Assembly (NCBI GenBank): GCA_964630825.1
Contig: CAZVZR010000006.1
Coordinates: forward strand, 911 to 64,910
Length of the DNA stretch: 64,000 nt
From: an uncultured Planctomycetales bacterium
GTDB taxonomy: Bacteria > Omnitrophota > Gorgyraeia > Zapsychrales > Zapsychraceae
Reading direction: 5' to 3'
The notes under the pieces were generated by a model. That model was given only the letters and a program-made list of their open reading frames with translations. It was not told the origin of the DNA and ran no database searches. How positions within the stretch are numbered: position 1 is the first letter of the stretch; each line of letters begins with the position of its first letter. The translations under genes and the position numbers were made by a program. Below, piece after piece: positions 28,342 to 37,920 of the stretch.

Positions 28342-29313
28342 ATGCCTATAACCTCCCATTCCCCCGCAGAAATTACCCTTCAATTGAAACGCGCGTTTAG
28401 TTATCGAGAGTCCTTGGGATTAAATACTAACGCGATGCGTTTGGTCAACAGCAAAGGTGACGGCCTTGAAGGGCTTATCATTGACCGCTTCAACAAGCAT
28501 TTTGTCGTTTATGTTTTAGATACACGTTGGCATCCGCATCAAAAGACGATCAACGATGTTTTGTGCGAACATTTTGAAGTTGCCTATCTGGTATTCAAGG
28601 ATCGTACCGTATCCGACACCCGCAGTGCATCCCATATTGCAGTTGACGTTCTGGTTGGCCAGGAAAATTCCCAAACAATCGTCGAGGAAAACGGTTTGCT
28701 TTTTCACGTGGATCTCAACGACAATCTTAATCAGGGATTGTTTTTGGACATGCGTAAGAACCGGAAGATTGTGGCTTCTTATGTTGCGGGCCGGGCGGTT
28801 TTAAACTGTTTTGCTTACACTTGTTCTTTTGGGGCATATTGCCGGAAATTCGGCGCTGCCCGGGTGACCAACGTGGATATCAGTAAAAAATTTTTGCAAG
28901 TAGGAAAAAAGAATTACCGCTTAAATCGTCTGCATGAGGGCCGCAGCGAATTTGTCCAAGATCACGCTGTTCGTTATCTGGAACGGGTGGCCAAGCGCAA
29001 CAACCTTTTTGATCTTATCATTCTCGACCCGCCATCGTTTTCGCGGTTTGAGGGGACTGTTTTTAGTGTCAAGAAAGACATGCCATTATTGATTGAAAAG
29101 GCGTTGCGCGCGTTGACCCCTGAAGGCATGCTTTTCGTTTCAACGAATTTAAGTTCAATCCTCCATCCGCAGCTGGAAACGTGGGCGCATTCTGCGGCCA
29201 AGAAAACCGGACGCAAGATCAGGGAAGTAATGCGCCTGGGCCAGGATGTCGAATTCCGCAAGAACGGTTTGATGAAAGAAAGTTTCTTGTCTGCTTTGCT
29301 GGTGAAATTATGA
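28342..29313 (+). CDS. class I SAM-dependent rRNA methyltransferase, RlmI/YccW-like but lacking the N-terminal PUA domain
   Basis: GLEGLIIDRFNKHFVVYVL aligns with RlmI (GLPGITIDRF). Also LNCFAYTCSFG and ILDPPSFS (DPPxF). The track start 28309 lies inside the upstream terminator, so the first ATG at 28342 is used. Confidence 0.75.
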   Translation: MPITSHSPAEITLQLKRAFSYRESLGLNTNAMRLVNSKGDGLEGLIIDRFNKHFVVYVLDTRWHPHQKTINDVLCEHFEVAYLVFKDRTVSDTRSASHIAVDVLVGQENSQTIVEENGLLFHVDLNDNLNQGLFLDMRKNRKIVASYVAGRAVLNCFAYTCSFGAYCRKFGAARVTNVDISKKFLQVGKKNYRLNRLHEGRSEFVQDHAVRYLERVAKRNNLFDLIILDPPSFSRFEGTVFSVKKDMPLLIEKALRALTPEGMLFVSTNLSSILHPQLETWAHSAAKKTGRKIREVMRLGQDVEFRKNGLMKESFLSALLVKL

Positions 29314-30854
29314 GTGTAAAGAAAGCATTTATAGGTGAGAATTTTTTAATGGTTTTTCTTTTATTCGTCTTAAGTTTTCTTTTGCGTTTCTTTCTTATCA
29401 GCAAGGGACCTTATGATGCAGACTGCCTTTCCTTGGCATTGTTAGTGCAAAAAGTTGAACAAACTCATCAGCTTCAGTATTTTTTCGGTTCGGGTTATCC
29501 TTTGACGGTATTTTGGGGGGCTGTCTTTGTCCATTTTTTGAAGTGGTTTGGGATGGCTGATCCTGTTTATGCGGTTAATCTGATGAGTGTTGTCTTTTCG
29601 TCTTTGGCTGTAGCTGTCTTTTATAGTATTGGCTTGAGGTTTTTAGGGCCGTTGGGCGCGATTTTATCCTCTGTTTTGTTTTCGGTTAACCCGCTTTTCT
29701 TAGGTGTTTCCGTCTATGGCTCGAGTCAGCCTCTAGCCATATTTTTTTTATTAAGCAGTATTCTTTTTTTATTAAAATTCCTTGAGCGAGAAGACCGCCT
29801 GTTTCTTTTTTTAAGTGGGATATTTTTAGGGTTAACCGGTGCCAGCCGTCTTCAGGAGATGTTCCTTATACTTGGGCCGTTGGTTTTTCTGTTTTTGGCC
29901 AATAAAAATATAAAACCCGCGCAGAGTAGCCACATTTTAAAATTCTTCCTTATAGCCTTTCTCACCGCAGGAGTTTTTTATCTTCCATTTCTCTTAGGAG
30001 CGCAAAAATTTGATTATCTAAAGCAATTGGCTTTTTACCGCCAACTTTCTGTGGCTAAAGAATTTCAGATAGATGCCTTTAAAGCGGTAGGGGAATTTCT
30101 TTTTGCGGCCTTATTGCCGGTGGGGATAGCTTTGTCTTTATGCGGTATGTGGTATTTGTTTAAAGAGAAAAGGCCTCTTTTTATATTTTTTATTTTATGG
30201 GTTATTTTGCCGTGGGCCCTTTATTCTTTTCTTTATACAATCACGGCACGGTTCATTGTCTTTATGTTGCCGGTATGTTTTTGGGCTCAGGGGTTTGTAT
30301 TTGTTAAGTTTTTCAATTTCAATAAATGGTCACGCACGATATCACTTGTAATATTCGTAACAATGTTTTTTATTATGTTTAATACGATCTATCCTCTTTT
30401 GTCATTGCGCCATGAACGTGCTTTTACTCCCGAATATGCCGAATGGGTAAAAGAAAAGATACCTGTTGGGAGTGCCATTATAGTAACCGACGACCGGTTA
30501 TTTTTTGAATATTATGGCCAGAACAAAATCCTTGGCCGGCCTTTAAAATATTTTGATTATGAAGAGGGTGACCTTTTAGATTTTCAAAAGAAATTAGATA
30601 GATTGTTAGATTCCAATATTTCGGTTTATATAACGTATGTGGGGCTTTTTGATTATGACCCTAAGGAAAGGTTTTCACAATTTATGAAGGCCCACTATAT
30701 TTTAAAAGAAGTGGGGGTAAATCTCTACGAGGATTGGCATCAGGGGGCGATGGTCAAACGTATTTTCTACAATCCCTTGGTTAAAATTGAAAAACGTTCT
30801 AGAGAGGATGAATGGCAAAGATTGTTAAAGAAATTTTTGAATGTGTACAAATAA
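29310..30854 (+). CDS. polytopic membrane protein, GT-C-fold glycosyltransferase-like (ArnT/PMT_2-like)
   Basis: At least 10 TM helices with a first-loop DAD motif (GPYDADCL), then a ~150-aa C-terminal soluble domain. The ATG at 29310 overlaps the RlmI-like stop; the track's upstream extension overlaps the previous gene. Confidence 0.45.
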   Translation: MSVKKAFIGENFLMVFLLFVLSFLLRFFLISKGPYDADCLSLALLVQKVEQTHQLQYFFGSGYPLTVFWGAVFVHFLKWFGMADPVYAVNLMSVVFSSLAVAVFYSIGLRFLGPLGAILSSVLFSVNPLFLGVSVYGSSQPLAIFFLLSSILFLLKFLEREDRLFLFLSGIFLGLTGASRLQEMFLILGPLVFLFLANKNIKPAQSSHILKFFLIAFLTAGVFYLPFLLGAQKFDYLKQLAFYRQLSVAKEFQIDAFKAVGEFLFAALLPVGIALSLCGMWYLFKEKRPLFIFFILWVILPWALYSFLYTITARFIVFMLPVCFWAQGFVFVKFFNFNKWSRTISLVIFVTMFFIMFNTIYPLLSLRHERAFTPEYAEWVKEKIPVGSAIIVTDDRLFFEYYGQNKILGRPLKYFDYEEGDLLDFQKKLDRLLDSNISVYITYVGLFDYDPKERFSQFMKAHYILKEVGVNLYEDWHQGAMVKRIFYNPLVKIEKRSREDEWQRLLKKFLNVYK

Positions 30855-30857
30855 TTT

Positions 30858-32759
30858 ATGGCACTGATTAGCTTACAGGAAATTTCGCTTGCCTTCGGCG
30901 GGCCGTTAATTTTTGACCAATTAAGTTTGCAATTGGAAGAAGGCGAACGCGTGGCGCTTTTGGGGCGTAACGGCGAAGGCAAGACTACGCTCATGAAGGT
31001 GATTGCCGGTCATCTGGGCGTCGATGAGGGCAAAATTATCCGCCAGCAAGGCATTGAAATTACCCATCTGCCGCAGGAAGTTCCTTCGGATATACAGGGA
31101 AATCTTTTTGATATTGTCGCCTCCGGGTTAGGCAAGCGAGGAGAACTTCTTAAAGAATACCATCATGTTAGCCATCGCTTGCAGACTGAGCACACACCGG
31201 AACTGATGCGCCAGCTGGACCGCGTGCAGGCGGAATTAGACCGCACGAAAAGTTGGGATACGAATAGTCAAGTTGAGTATGTCCTTTCGCAGATGAAACT
31301 GGATCCAGAAGCGGATTTTGCCGCATTATCCGGCGGGCAGAAACGACGGGTGCTTTTAGCGCGGGCGCTGGTGATTCATCCGGACATTCTTCTTCTGGAT
31401 GAGCCCACTAATCACTTGGATATTGATTCGATTGATTGGTTGGAAGGTTTTTTAAAAAGTTATTCCGGCACACTTTTATTTGTCACGCACGACCGTGTGT
31501 TTATGCGGCATTTGGCAACACGGATTGTCGAGATTGATCGCGGCAAGATTTTTAGTTGGCGCTGTGACTATGAAACATTTTTACAGCGTAAACAAATGGC
31601 CTTAGATAATGAAGAAGTGCAACGGCACGAATTTAAAAAAAGGTTGGCGGAAGAAGAGGTTTGGATCCGCCAGGGGGTTAAGGCCCGCCGGGTCAGAAAC
31701 GAAGGGCGCGTCAAGGCACTGGAACGGATGCGGGAAGCGAAAAAAGCGCAGCGCGAGGTTACGGGAAAAGTGAATATGCGGTTGCAGGAAGCGGATATTT
31801 CCGGGCATTTGGTGATTAAGGCTGCCAATTTGGGTTATTGGTACGGCGATAAATGTTTAATTAAAAATTTCTCCGTCAACATCATGCGTGGGGATAAAAT
31901 CGGTGTGATTGGGCCCAACGGTTCCGGGAAGACAACCCTTTTGCGTTTGCTGTTTGGGAAAATGGCTCCGCTGCAGGGCAAGTCGAGGCTGGGGACAAAT
32001 CTTGAAGTAGCATATTATGACCAATTACGTGAACAGCTGGATGAAGAAAAGACCGTTATTGAAAATATCTGCGGTACGAGCGATACGATTACTATTAACG
32101 GCAAGCCACGGCATATCTATGGGTATATGCAGGATTTTCTTTTTACTCCGGACCGCGCGCGCACGCCAGTCAAGGTTCTCTCCGGCGGGGAACGTAACCG
32201 TCTTTTATTAGCCAGATTATTTATTAAGCCGTCTAATGTTTTAGTCATGGATGAGCCGACGAATGATTTGGATATCGAAACACTGGAGCTTTTGGAAGAA
32301 TTGCTTCTTGATTATTCGGGTACGCTCATTTTAGTCAGCCATGACCGCGCGTTTTTAAATAATATTGTTACCAGCACGATTGTACTCGAGGGCGAAGGCG
32401 TGGTTAACGAATATGCCGGCGGCTACGATGATTGGTTGAGCCAACATCAGGCACAGCAAGGATTGAAGAAAGAAATTTCCCGGGAAAATGCGGGTGAAGA
32501 AACGGGGGAAAAAGGAAAACCGAAGCCGCGCAAACTTTCTTTTAAGGAAGAAAAGGAGCTTGCCGCCCTTTGCGTAAAAATTGAAAAGCTTGAGGAGCAG
32601 CGGGAAGAACTTTATACGCTTATGGCCGACCCGGCACTCTTTAAAAAAGATCCGCAGGAAATTGTTCAAGCAAGAAGCAAGCTGGAAGAGATTGAAGATG
32701 AATTGCTGAAGAATTTTGAGCGCTGGGAATTCCTGGAAGATTTACGCCGGAAGGATTGA
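30858..32759 (+). CDS. uup: ABC-F family ATPase Uup-type with C-terminal coiled-coil domain
   Basis: 633 aa. Two ABC cassettes (GRNGEGKTTL, GPNGSGKTTL; LSGGQKRR, LSGGERNR). C-terminal K/E-rich coiled coil as in E. coli Uup. Confidence 0.85.
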   Translation: MALISLQEISLAFGGPLIFDQLSLQLEEGERVALLGRNGEGKTTLMKVIAGHLGVDEGKIIRQQGIEITHLPQEVPSDIQGNLFDIVASGLGKRGELLKEYHHVSHRLQTEHTPELMRQLDRVQAELDRTKSWDTNSQVEYVLSQMKLDPEADFAALSGGQKRRVLLARALVIHPDILLLDEPTNHLDIDSIDWLEGFLKSYSGTLLFVTHDRVFMRHLATRIVEIDRGKIFSWRCDYETFLQRKQMALDNEEVQRHEFKKRLAEEEVWIRQGVKARRVRNEGRVKALERMREAKKAQREVTGKVNMRLQEADISGHLVIKAANLGYWYGDKCLIKNFSVNIMRGDKIGVIGPNGSGKTTLLRLLFGKMAPLQGKSRLGTNLEVAYYDQLREQLDEEKTVIENICGTSDTITINGKPRHIYGYMQDFLFTPDRARTPVKVLSGGERNRLLLARLFIKPSNVLVMDEPTNDLDIETLELLEELLLDYSGTLILVSHDRAFLNNIVTSTIVLEGEGVVNEYAGGYDDWLSQHQAQQGLKKEISRENAGEETGEKGKPKPRKLSFKEEKELAALCVKIEKLEEQREELYTLMADPALFKKDPQEIVQARSKLEEIEDELLKNFERWEFLEDLRRKD

Positions 32760-32928
32760 TTTTTTAATCATCCTTTTCAGGAAATTGTTGTAGGATATTT
32801 ACATTGCCATCCCTGATAATTCATAGTATATAATATTTTTAGGAAAGTTAATCTTAATGTTGTCTGTGTTCTTAAAATTTTAACAATTTAATAAACAATT
32901 GTAATAATTATAACCAAGGAGGGCAATT

Positions 32929-33549
32929 ATGACTACGGCAACAAAGGTGAAATGGAATATTGAAGCAGATTTTTATCAGGGATGTAATTGCAACTACGGA
33001 TGTCCGTGCGAATTTGAAGCGCCACCCACGATGGGGTATTGCGAGGGCCTTGGAATATGGAAGATAAATAAGGGAAAATACGGCACAGTCTCCCTCGATG
33101 GGTTAGGGCTCGGGTTTTCTGCGCATTGGCCCAAGGCCATTCATCAAGGGAACGGTACGGCGGCTATCTTTGTGGATGAAAAAGCCAGCAAAGAGCAGCG
33201 CGAGGCTCTGTTAAATATTGCATCGGGACAAGCCGGTGGTTTACCTTTTGAAATTATTGCCACAACTTTTTCAAAAGTGCTGGACCCGTTTTTTGTCCCG
33301 TTTAAGTTTAATGTTCAGGGAAGGAACGCGACGGCTAGCATGGGGGACAAAGTGTCATTATCGTTGGAACCAATCAAAAATCCTGTTAACGGGGAACCGG
33401 AAAGCCTGACGATCGAACATGAGACGGGGTTTATTTTCAAAAAAGCAGAATGTGTTTCCGCAAAAGTTTGTAATTCTAAGGTCGATGGGTTGACGTATTC
33501 CTGGCCGAACAAAAGCGGATTTATCAGCAAGATCAGCTATCAAAATTAA
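32929..33549 (+). CDS. DUF1326-like protein with Cys-rich N-terminal motif
   Basis: ~206 aa, soluble. N-terminal YQGCNCNYGCPCEFEAPPTMGYCEG. Its partnership with the following DUF2182-like membrane protein matches the pairing recalled for these families. Confidence 0.5.
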   Translation: MTTATKVKWNIEADFYQGCNCNYGCPCEFEAPPTMGYCEGLGIWKINKGKYGTVSLDGLGLGFSAHWPKAIHQGNGTAAIFVDEKASKEQREALLNIASGQAGGLPFEIIATTFSKVLDPFFVPFKFNVQGRNATASMGDKVSLSLEPIKNPVNGEPESLTIEHETGFIFKKAECVSAKVCNSKVDGLTYSWPNKSGFISKISYQN

Positions 33550-33550
33550 T

Positions 33551-34321
33551 ATGTCTGTCCCCAGTTTTTCATTTAATGATTTTAAAAATGAGCGTGGTGT
33601 TGTTTTCGCCGCGCTGGTCGTCTTATCTGCGCTGGCATGGTGGTATACGATTTACTTGGCAAAAACCATGAATTGCTGCACCTTTGCCATCAAAGGCACA
33701 TGGCATTTCTGGAACGCTCAGCAATTTTGGCTGATGTTTGTAATGTGGGCGGTAATGATGGTGGCAATGATGGTTCCGACCATTACGCCCATGATTTTGG
33801 TCTTTGCTATGGTTAATCGTAAACGCCATGAACAGGCCAAGACATATGTTTCGACGGGATTTTTTCTTCTTGGCTATTTGATCGTGTGGGCAGTTTTTAG
33901 CCTATTAATGACTTTATTGCAGGAATGGCTGCAGGCGCGCGCGTTTATCTCGGTGCACATGGTGTTGAATAAACCAATCATCAACGGAAGTCTTTTGATA
34001 CTAGCCGGGATTTTTCAGTGGACACCGCTTAAAAATAAATGCCTCACGCATTGCCGCTCACCGTTTGATTTTATTATGACGGATTGGCGCGATGGTACAG
34101 GCGGGGCCGTGATGATGGGGCTTCGTCATGGGATGTTCTGCCTAGGCTGCTGCTGGCTGTTGATGTTACTGCTTTTTGTGGGCGGCGTTATGAATATTGC
34201 CTGGATTGTTTTTTTAACGGTCTTTGTTCTGGGGGAAAAAGTTTTTCCACGAGGCCGCCTGATTAGCCGTATGGCGGGCGTGTTTTTTCTTATTTGGGGT
34301 GTCATTAATTTTATGTTTTAA
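33551..34321 (+). CDS. DUF2182-like predicted metal-binding integral membrane protein
   Basis: 6-7 TM helices. Cys/His clusters CLTHCRSPFDF and CLGCCW. Starts 2 nt after the previous stop. Confidence 0.45.
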   Translation: MSVPSFSFNDFKNERGVVFAALVVLSALAWWYTIYLAKTMNCCTFAIKGTWHFWNAQQFWLMFVMWAVMMVAMMVPTITPMILVFAMVNRKRHEQAKTYVSTGFFLLGYLIVWAVFSLLMTLLQEWLQARAFISVHMVLNKPIINGSLLILAGIFQWTPLKNKCLTHCRSPFDFIMTDWRDGTGGAVMMGLRHGMFCLGCCWLLMLLLFVGGVMNIAWIVFLTVFVLGEKVFPRGRLISRMAGVFFLIWGVINFMF

Positions 34322-34365
34322 CACAAAACAGGGCCCGTCCCTAATTATTAAGGAGAAAAGCGAAA

Positions 34366-35123
34366 TGATTCTAAGAAAAATTCCATCAGTTTGGTTCAAA
34401 ATCGGCATGGTGCTTGTTTTAGCACTTTTTTATACCGCTTGCGCGCATGCCCAGGGTGCTTCTCTGGATACTTCAAACTATTTGGCATCTTTGCCAACCC
34501 AGCCCAAAACTCTTTGGCAGCTAATTCTTGCCGGAGGATGGACGATGTTTTTTATCGGGCTTTTATCCCTTGGCGGCCTAGCTTTGGTTATCTATGATTT
34601 TAGAACGATTGATGTTAATAAATTAGCCCCGCGGAAATTCTGCGAAGATTTGATTAGTAAGTTGGAAGAAGGCAGCCTTGCTTCGGTTAAGGGGTTTTGC
34701 CAGAAAAACAATAATATCATCTCGCGGATTGTCCTCGCGGGAATTGAAAAAAATCAGAAAGGGAAAAGCGGAGTTATCGTCAAAGAAGCGATGGAAAATA
34801 CCGCGCGAATTGAAATCGCCTCGCTTTGGCAGAACATCAGCTACTTTTCCGACATCGCGCAAATTGCGCCGTTACTGGGATTATTGGGAAACGTGTTAGG
34901 GATTATCCAGGCCTTTAACGTTATCGTGGTCCAATCTGTTGGAGTTAAGGCCACACTTCTAGCCGGCGGTGTGGCTAAGGCCATGGTCACGACAGCTTTC
35001 GGACTGATAGTGGCAATTCCAACACTTGTCTTCTACGCCTATTTTCGCGGGAAAGTACAGGAAGTCACTAATATCGTCGGTACATACACCGATGATGTGA
35101 TTAAAATTATGGAAAAACTTTAA
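34366..35123 (+). CDS. exbB: MotA/TolQ/ExbB proton-channel family protein
   Basis: Signal peptide, periplasmic segment and 3 TM helices. Conserved C-terminal GGVAKAMVTTAFGLIVAIPTLVFYAYF. SD AAGGAGAAAAG before the ATG at 34366. Confidence 0.8.
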
Positions 35124-35143
35124 ATTCACATACGGGGGACATT

Positions 35144-35569
35144 ATGCCTAAATTTCAAATTTCCGAATACCAAACGCAAAAACCGAATATCCAGCTTGCG
35201 CCTTATGTGGACATTGCTTTTATTACCCTCATTTTTTTTATGACGATTGCTGTTTTAAACCAAATGGAATCTGAGGTGAATATCAATGTCCCGAAAGCCA
35301 GTATGGCCACCCAGTCAACACGGAGCGCTGGGAAGATGATCATCAACATTACCAGCGACGGAAGGTTTTTCGTCAATCAAAAGCAACTGACGCGCGTCGG
35401 GCTTGAAGGCATGTTAAAGGAAGTGTCGCGGCTCTTCCCGAACCAGCAAATTATTATTCGTGCCGATGAAAACGCATATCACAAGTATGTTATTGAAGCT
35501 TTAGATACCTGCATGCGCGCCAATATCTGGGATGTTTCCTTCTCGACTATACAGGAAGAAATTAAATGA
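35144..35569 (+). CDS. exbD: ExbD/TolR biopolymer transport protein
   Basis: LAPYVDIAFITLIFFMTIAVL single TM, followed by a periplasmic domain. Typical ExbD length of 141 aa. Confidence 0.8.
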   Translation: MPKFQISEYQTQKPNIQLAPYVDIAFITLIFFMTIAVLNQMESEVNINVPKASMATQSTRSAGKMIINITSDGRFFVNQKQLTRVGLEGMLKEVSRLFPNQQIIIRADENAYHKYVIEALDTCMRANIWDVSFSTIQEEIK

Positions 35570-37920
35570 AACCGTTTGCGAAGTTTGTTCTTAGTAGTCT
35601 CGCCTTTACATTGTGTATCTTTTTATCTCTTACGTTACCCGCCCAGGAAATTTCTCAGCAGGAAACGGAGGCAATTGATTTCGCGCACGGGCTTCTTGAG
35701 CGCGAGATGTTCGACATGGCGATCGCTGAATACCAGAAATTCATTACGGATTATCCGCAGAGTTCCTTGCAGGATGAAGTTTATTTTTCTATTGGAGAAG
35801 CGTATTTTTTGTCCCAGAGATTTCCGCAGGCCATAGAAGCTTTCAATACAGTCAAACAAAAATTTCCCAACTCGCCGCGTTCGGCAATGGCTGCGCTGCG
35901 TTTGGGTCAGATTTACGCTGAGCAGGGTAATTTTAACATGTCTTATAATGAATTAACCGCGAAAGATTTTTCCGGTCAACTGCAGGGCGCAACAGTGCAG
36001 GCATACTATTATTATTTAGGGAAAGCAGCCTTGGGAAAAAAGGATGCTGCCACAGCGCTGGCAAATTTTGAAAAAGCGGCTCAGGTTACCGGTACGAATG
36101 CTTACACAAGTTATGCTTTGGAAAAAGTCGCCGAGATTCAGGCCCAAGACGGGCATTTCAACGAAGCAACCGTTGCCGTCACTAAGGCTTTGGCAGCTAC
36201 GCAAGACGCGGATTTTAAAAGGATACTTACTTATAAGCAGGGCGAAATATTGTTTCGTTCCGGGAAATATGAAGAATCCATTCCTTATTTTCAGCAAATC
36301 CTTGACCAATTCCCGAATTCAGAAACAGTATTTCAGGCCGTCAGTAATTTATTGCTGGCCAATTTTAATTTAAAGAAATTTGAAGAAGTTATTTCCGTGT
36401 ATAAAAAATATGCGGGAGTTGTTAAAGATGCCGAAAATTATTTTGAAGCGCATTTCGCGGCCGCGCGTTCTTACGCGGGGCTTCAACAGTATGATGAAGC
36501 TTTAGCACTCCTCGACAAAACCATTTCATTCCCGGGCTTGAAGAATGAAGATTTATGCCGCGCCAACTTGCAAAAGGCAAACATCCTTATCAAGAAAAAA
36601 GAATATGCGCAAGGCTTGGCATTAATTGAAAATCAGTGCGGTTTATGTGCTCAAGAGCCTGACCAAATAAACTTTTTGAAAGCTCAGGCCAATTTTGGAA
36701 TAGGAAATTTTCAGAAAGCATATGAGTTTTTTCTATCCGTTACTACGGCGTACCCTGATTCGATGTATGCCTCCGCCGCGCGGCTTGGCGCGGCCCACGC
36801 CGAACGGGAATTAGGAAAGGGCATGGAAGCCGCGGATGAATTCCTATCTTACGCGGAATCGGAAAGCGATGCGGCCCTAAAAAGCGATGCCATCTTTAAC
36901 GCTGCCTTAGTCCTGGCCCAATCCCATCAGGAGCAAAAAGCCATTGAGCAGGCAGAGCGTTACTTAAAAGATTTCTCCAAAGAAGTTGATTACGAAAATG
37001 TCATTTTACTTCTCGGTGAACTTTATGCCAAAACCAGCCAATTCAACGCCGCCATAAATCTTTTGCAAGGATACTTGGCTGACCCCAGCCACGTCAAAAG
37101 GATGGACAAGGGGCAATTTCTTTTAGGGTATAACCTTCAGCTTCTGGGAAAAACCGATGAGGCTTTGGCCGTTTATGAAAAAATTGTTGCCGATCCCAAT
37201 GATCAGCAATTTTTCCTGGCGGGGCTTAAAAATTCCGCTGCCGTTTGTTTGAGCCGCGGCGAAGAATCGCGTGCGGCGGTATATTTTGAAAAAATTATCA
37301 CCGCTGCTGAAAAAAATGATTTGGATTCCGCGACGTACTTTTGGGTGATCAACCGGTATCTCAAGGATGAAAAATATAATGATGTTTTACGCATTGTGGA
37401 TAAAGTTGCGGCGCGGTTTCCGGATCAACCAGCGCAGCAACTCGATTATTTTAGGGCAGAGGCGTACCGTGGCCTTAAAGATTTTACCAATGCCCAAAAA
37501 TATTATGACACCGTCATTGCTTCAACGGAAAAAAATACCTATACCGCCGGGGCCATCATTGGGAAAGGCCTGACTTTTATGGCCACAAATCAATTGGACG
37601 AAGCGCAGAAAGAATTTGATAAAGCGATGGATGACTACCCCAATGACCACACGGTCACTTTGCGCGCGCGCCTTGAGGCCGGCAATATTGCTCGTCGGCA
37701 GAATAAGCTGGATGAAGCGTTAAGGTTTTATCTTCTGGTTGGGACAATTTATCAAGATAAGGAATATTGCCCTCAAGCCTTGATGGCTGCCGGGGAAATC
37801 CTCGAGGGGGCCGCCCGTAAAGAAGAAGCCTTGAAGGTGTATCAACAGGTCACTGCGCAATATCCCAATAGTGCCCAGGCGCCGCAAGCTAAAGAAAAGA
37901 TTTCGTCTCTTACAAAATGA
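35566..37920 (+). CDS. large periplasmic TPR-repeat protein (784 aa)
   Basis: Signal peptide. At least 12 TPR-like helix pairs. Overlaps the exbD stop (ATGA). Confidence 0.7.
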   Translation: MKPFAKFVLSSLAFTLCIFLSLTLPAQEISQQETEAIDFAHGLLEREMFDMAIAEYQKFITDYPQSSLQDEVYFSIGEAYFLSQRFPQAIEAFNTVKQKFPNSPRSAMAALRLGQIYAEQGNFNMSYNELTAKDFSGQLQGATVQAYYYYLGKAALGKKDAATALANFEKAAQVTGTNAYTSYALEKVAEIQAQDGHFNEATVAVTKALAATQDADFKRILTYKQGEILFRSGKYEESIPYFQQILDQFPNSETVFQAVSNLLLANFNLKKFEEVISVYKKYAGVVKDAENYFEAHFAAARSYAGLQQYDEALALLDKTISFPGLKNEDLCRANLQKANILIKKKEYAQGLALIENQCGLCAQEPDQINFLKAQANFGIGNFQKAYEFFLSVTTAYPDSMYASAARLGAAHAERELGKGMEAADEFLSYAESESDAALKSDAIFNAALVLAQSHQEQKAIEQAERYLKDFSKEVDYENVILLLGELYAKTSQFNAAINLLQGYLADPSHVKRMDKGQFLLGYNLQLLGKTDEALAVYEKIVADPNDQQFFLAGLKNSAAVCLSRGEESRAAVYFEKIITAAEKNDLDSATYFWVINRYLKDEKYNDVLRIVDKVAARFPDQPAQQLDYFRAEAYRGLKDFTNAQKYYDTVIASTEKNTYTAGAIIGKGLTFMATNQLDEAQKEFDKAMDDYPNDHTVTLRARLEAGNIARRQNKLDEALRFYLLVGTIYQDKEYCPQALMAAGEILEGAARKEEALKVYQQVTAQYPNSAQAPQAKEKISSLTK

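Noticed and set aside
29181-29309. Upstream extension of the 557-aa ORF overlapping the RlmI-like gene
   Set aside because: The extension overlaps 130 nt of a well-supported gene in another frame. The ATG at 29310, overlapping the upstream stop, followed by a hydrophobic N-terminus, is the likely start.
32760-32928. AT-rich 169-bp intergenic region upstream of the DUF1326-like gene, a possible regulatory RNA or riboswitch
   Set aside because: No stable conserved-looking secondary structure or recognisable riboswitch core sequence could be discerned by eye. It is likely just an AT-rich promoter region.
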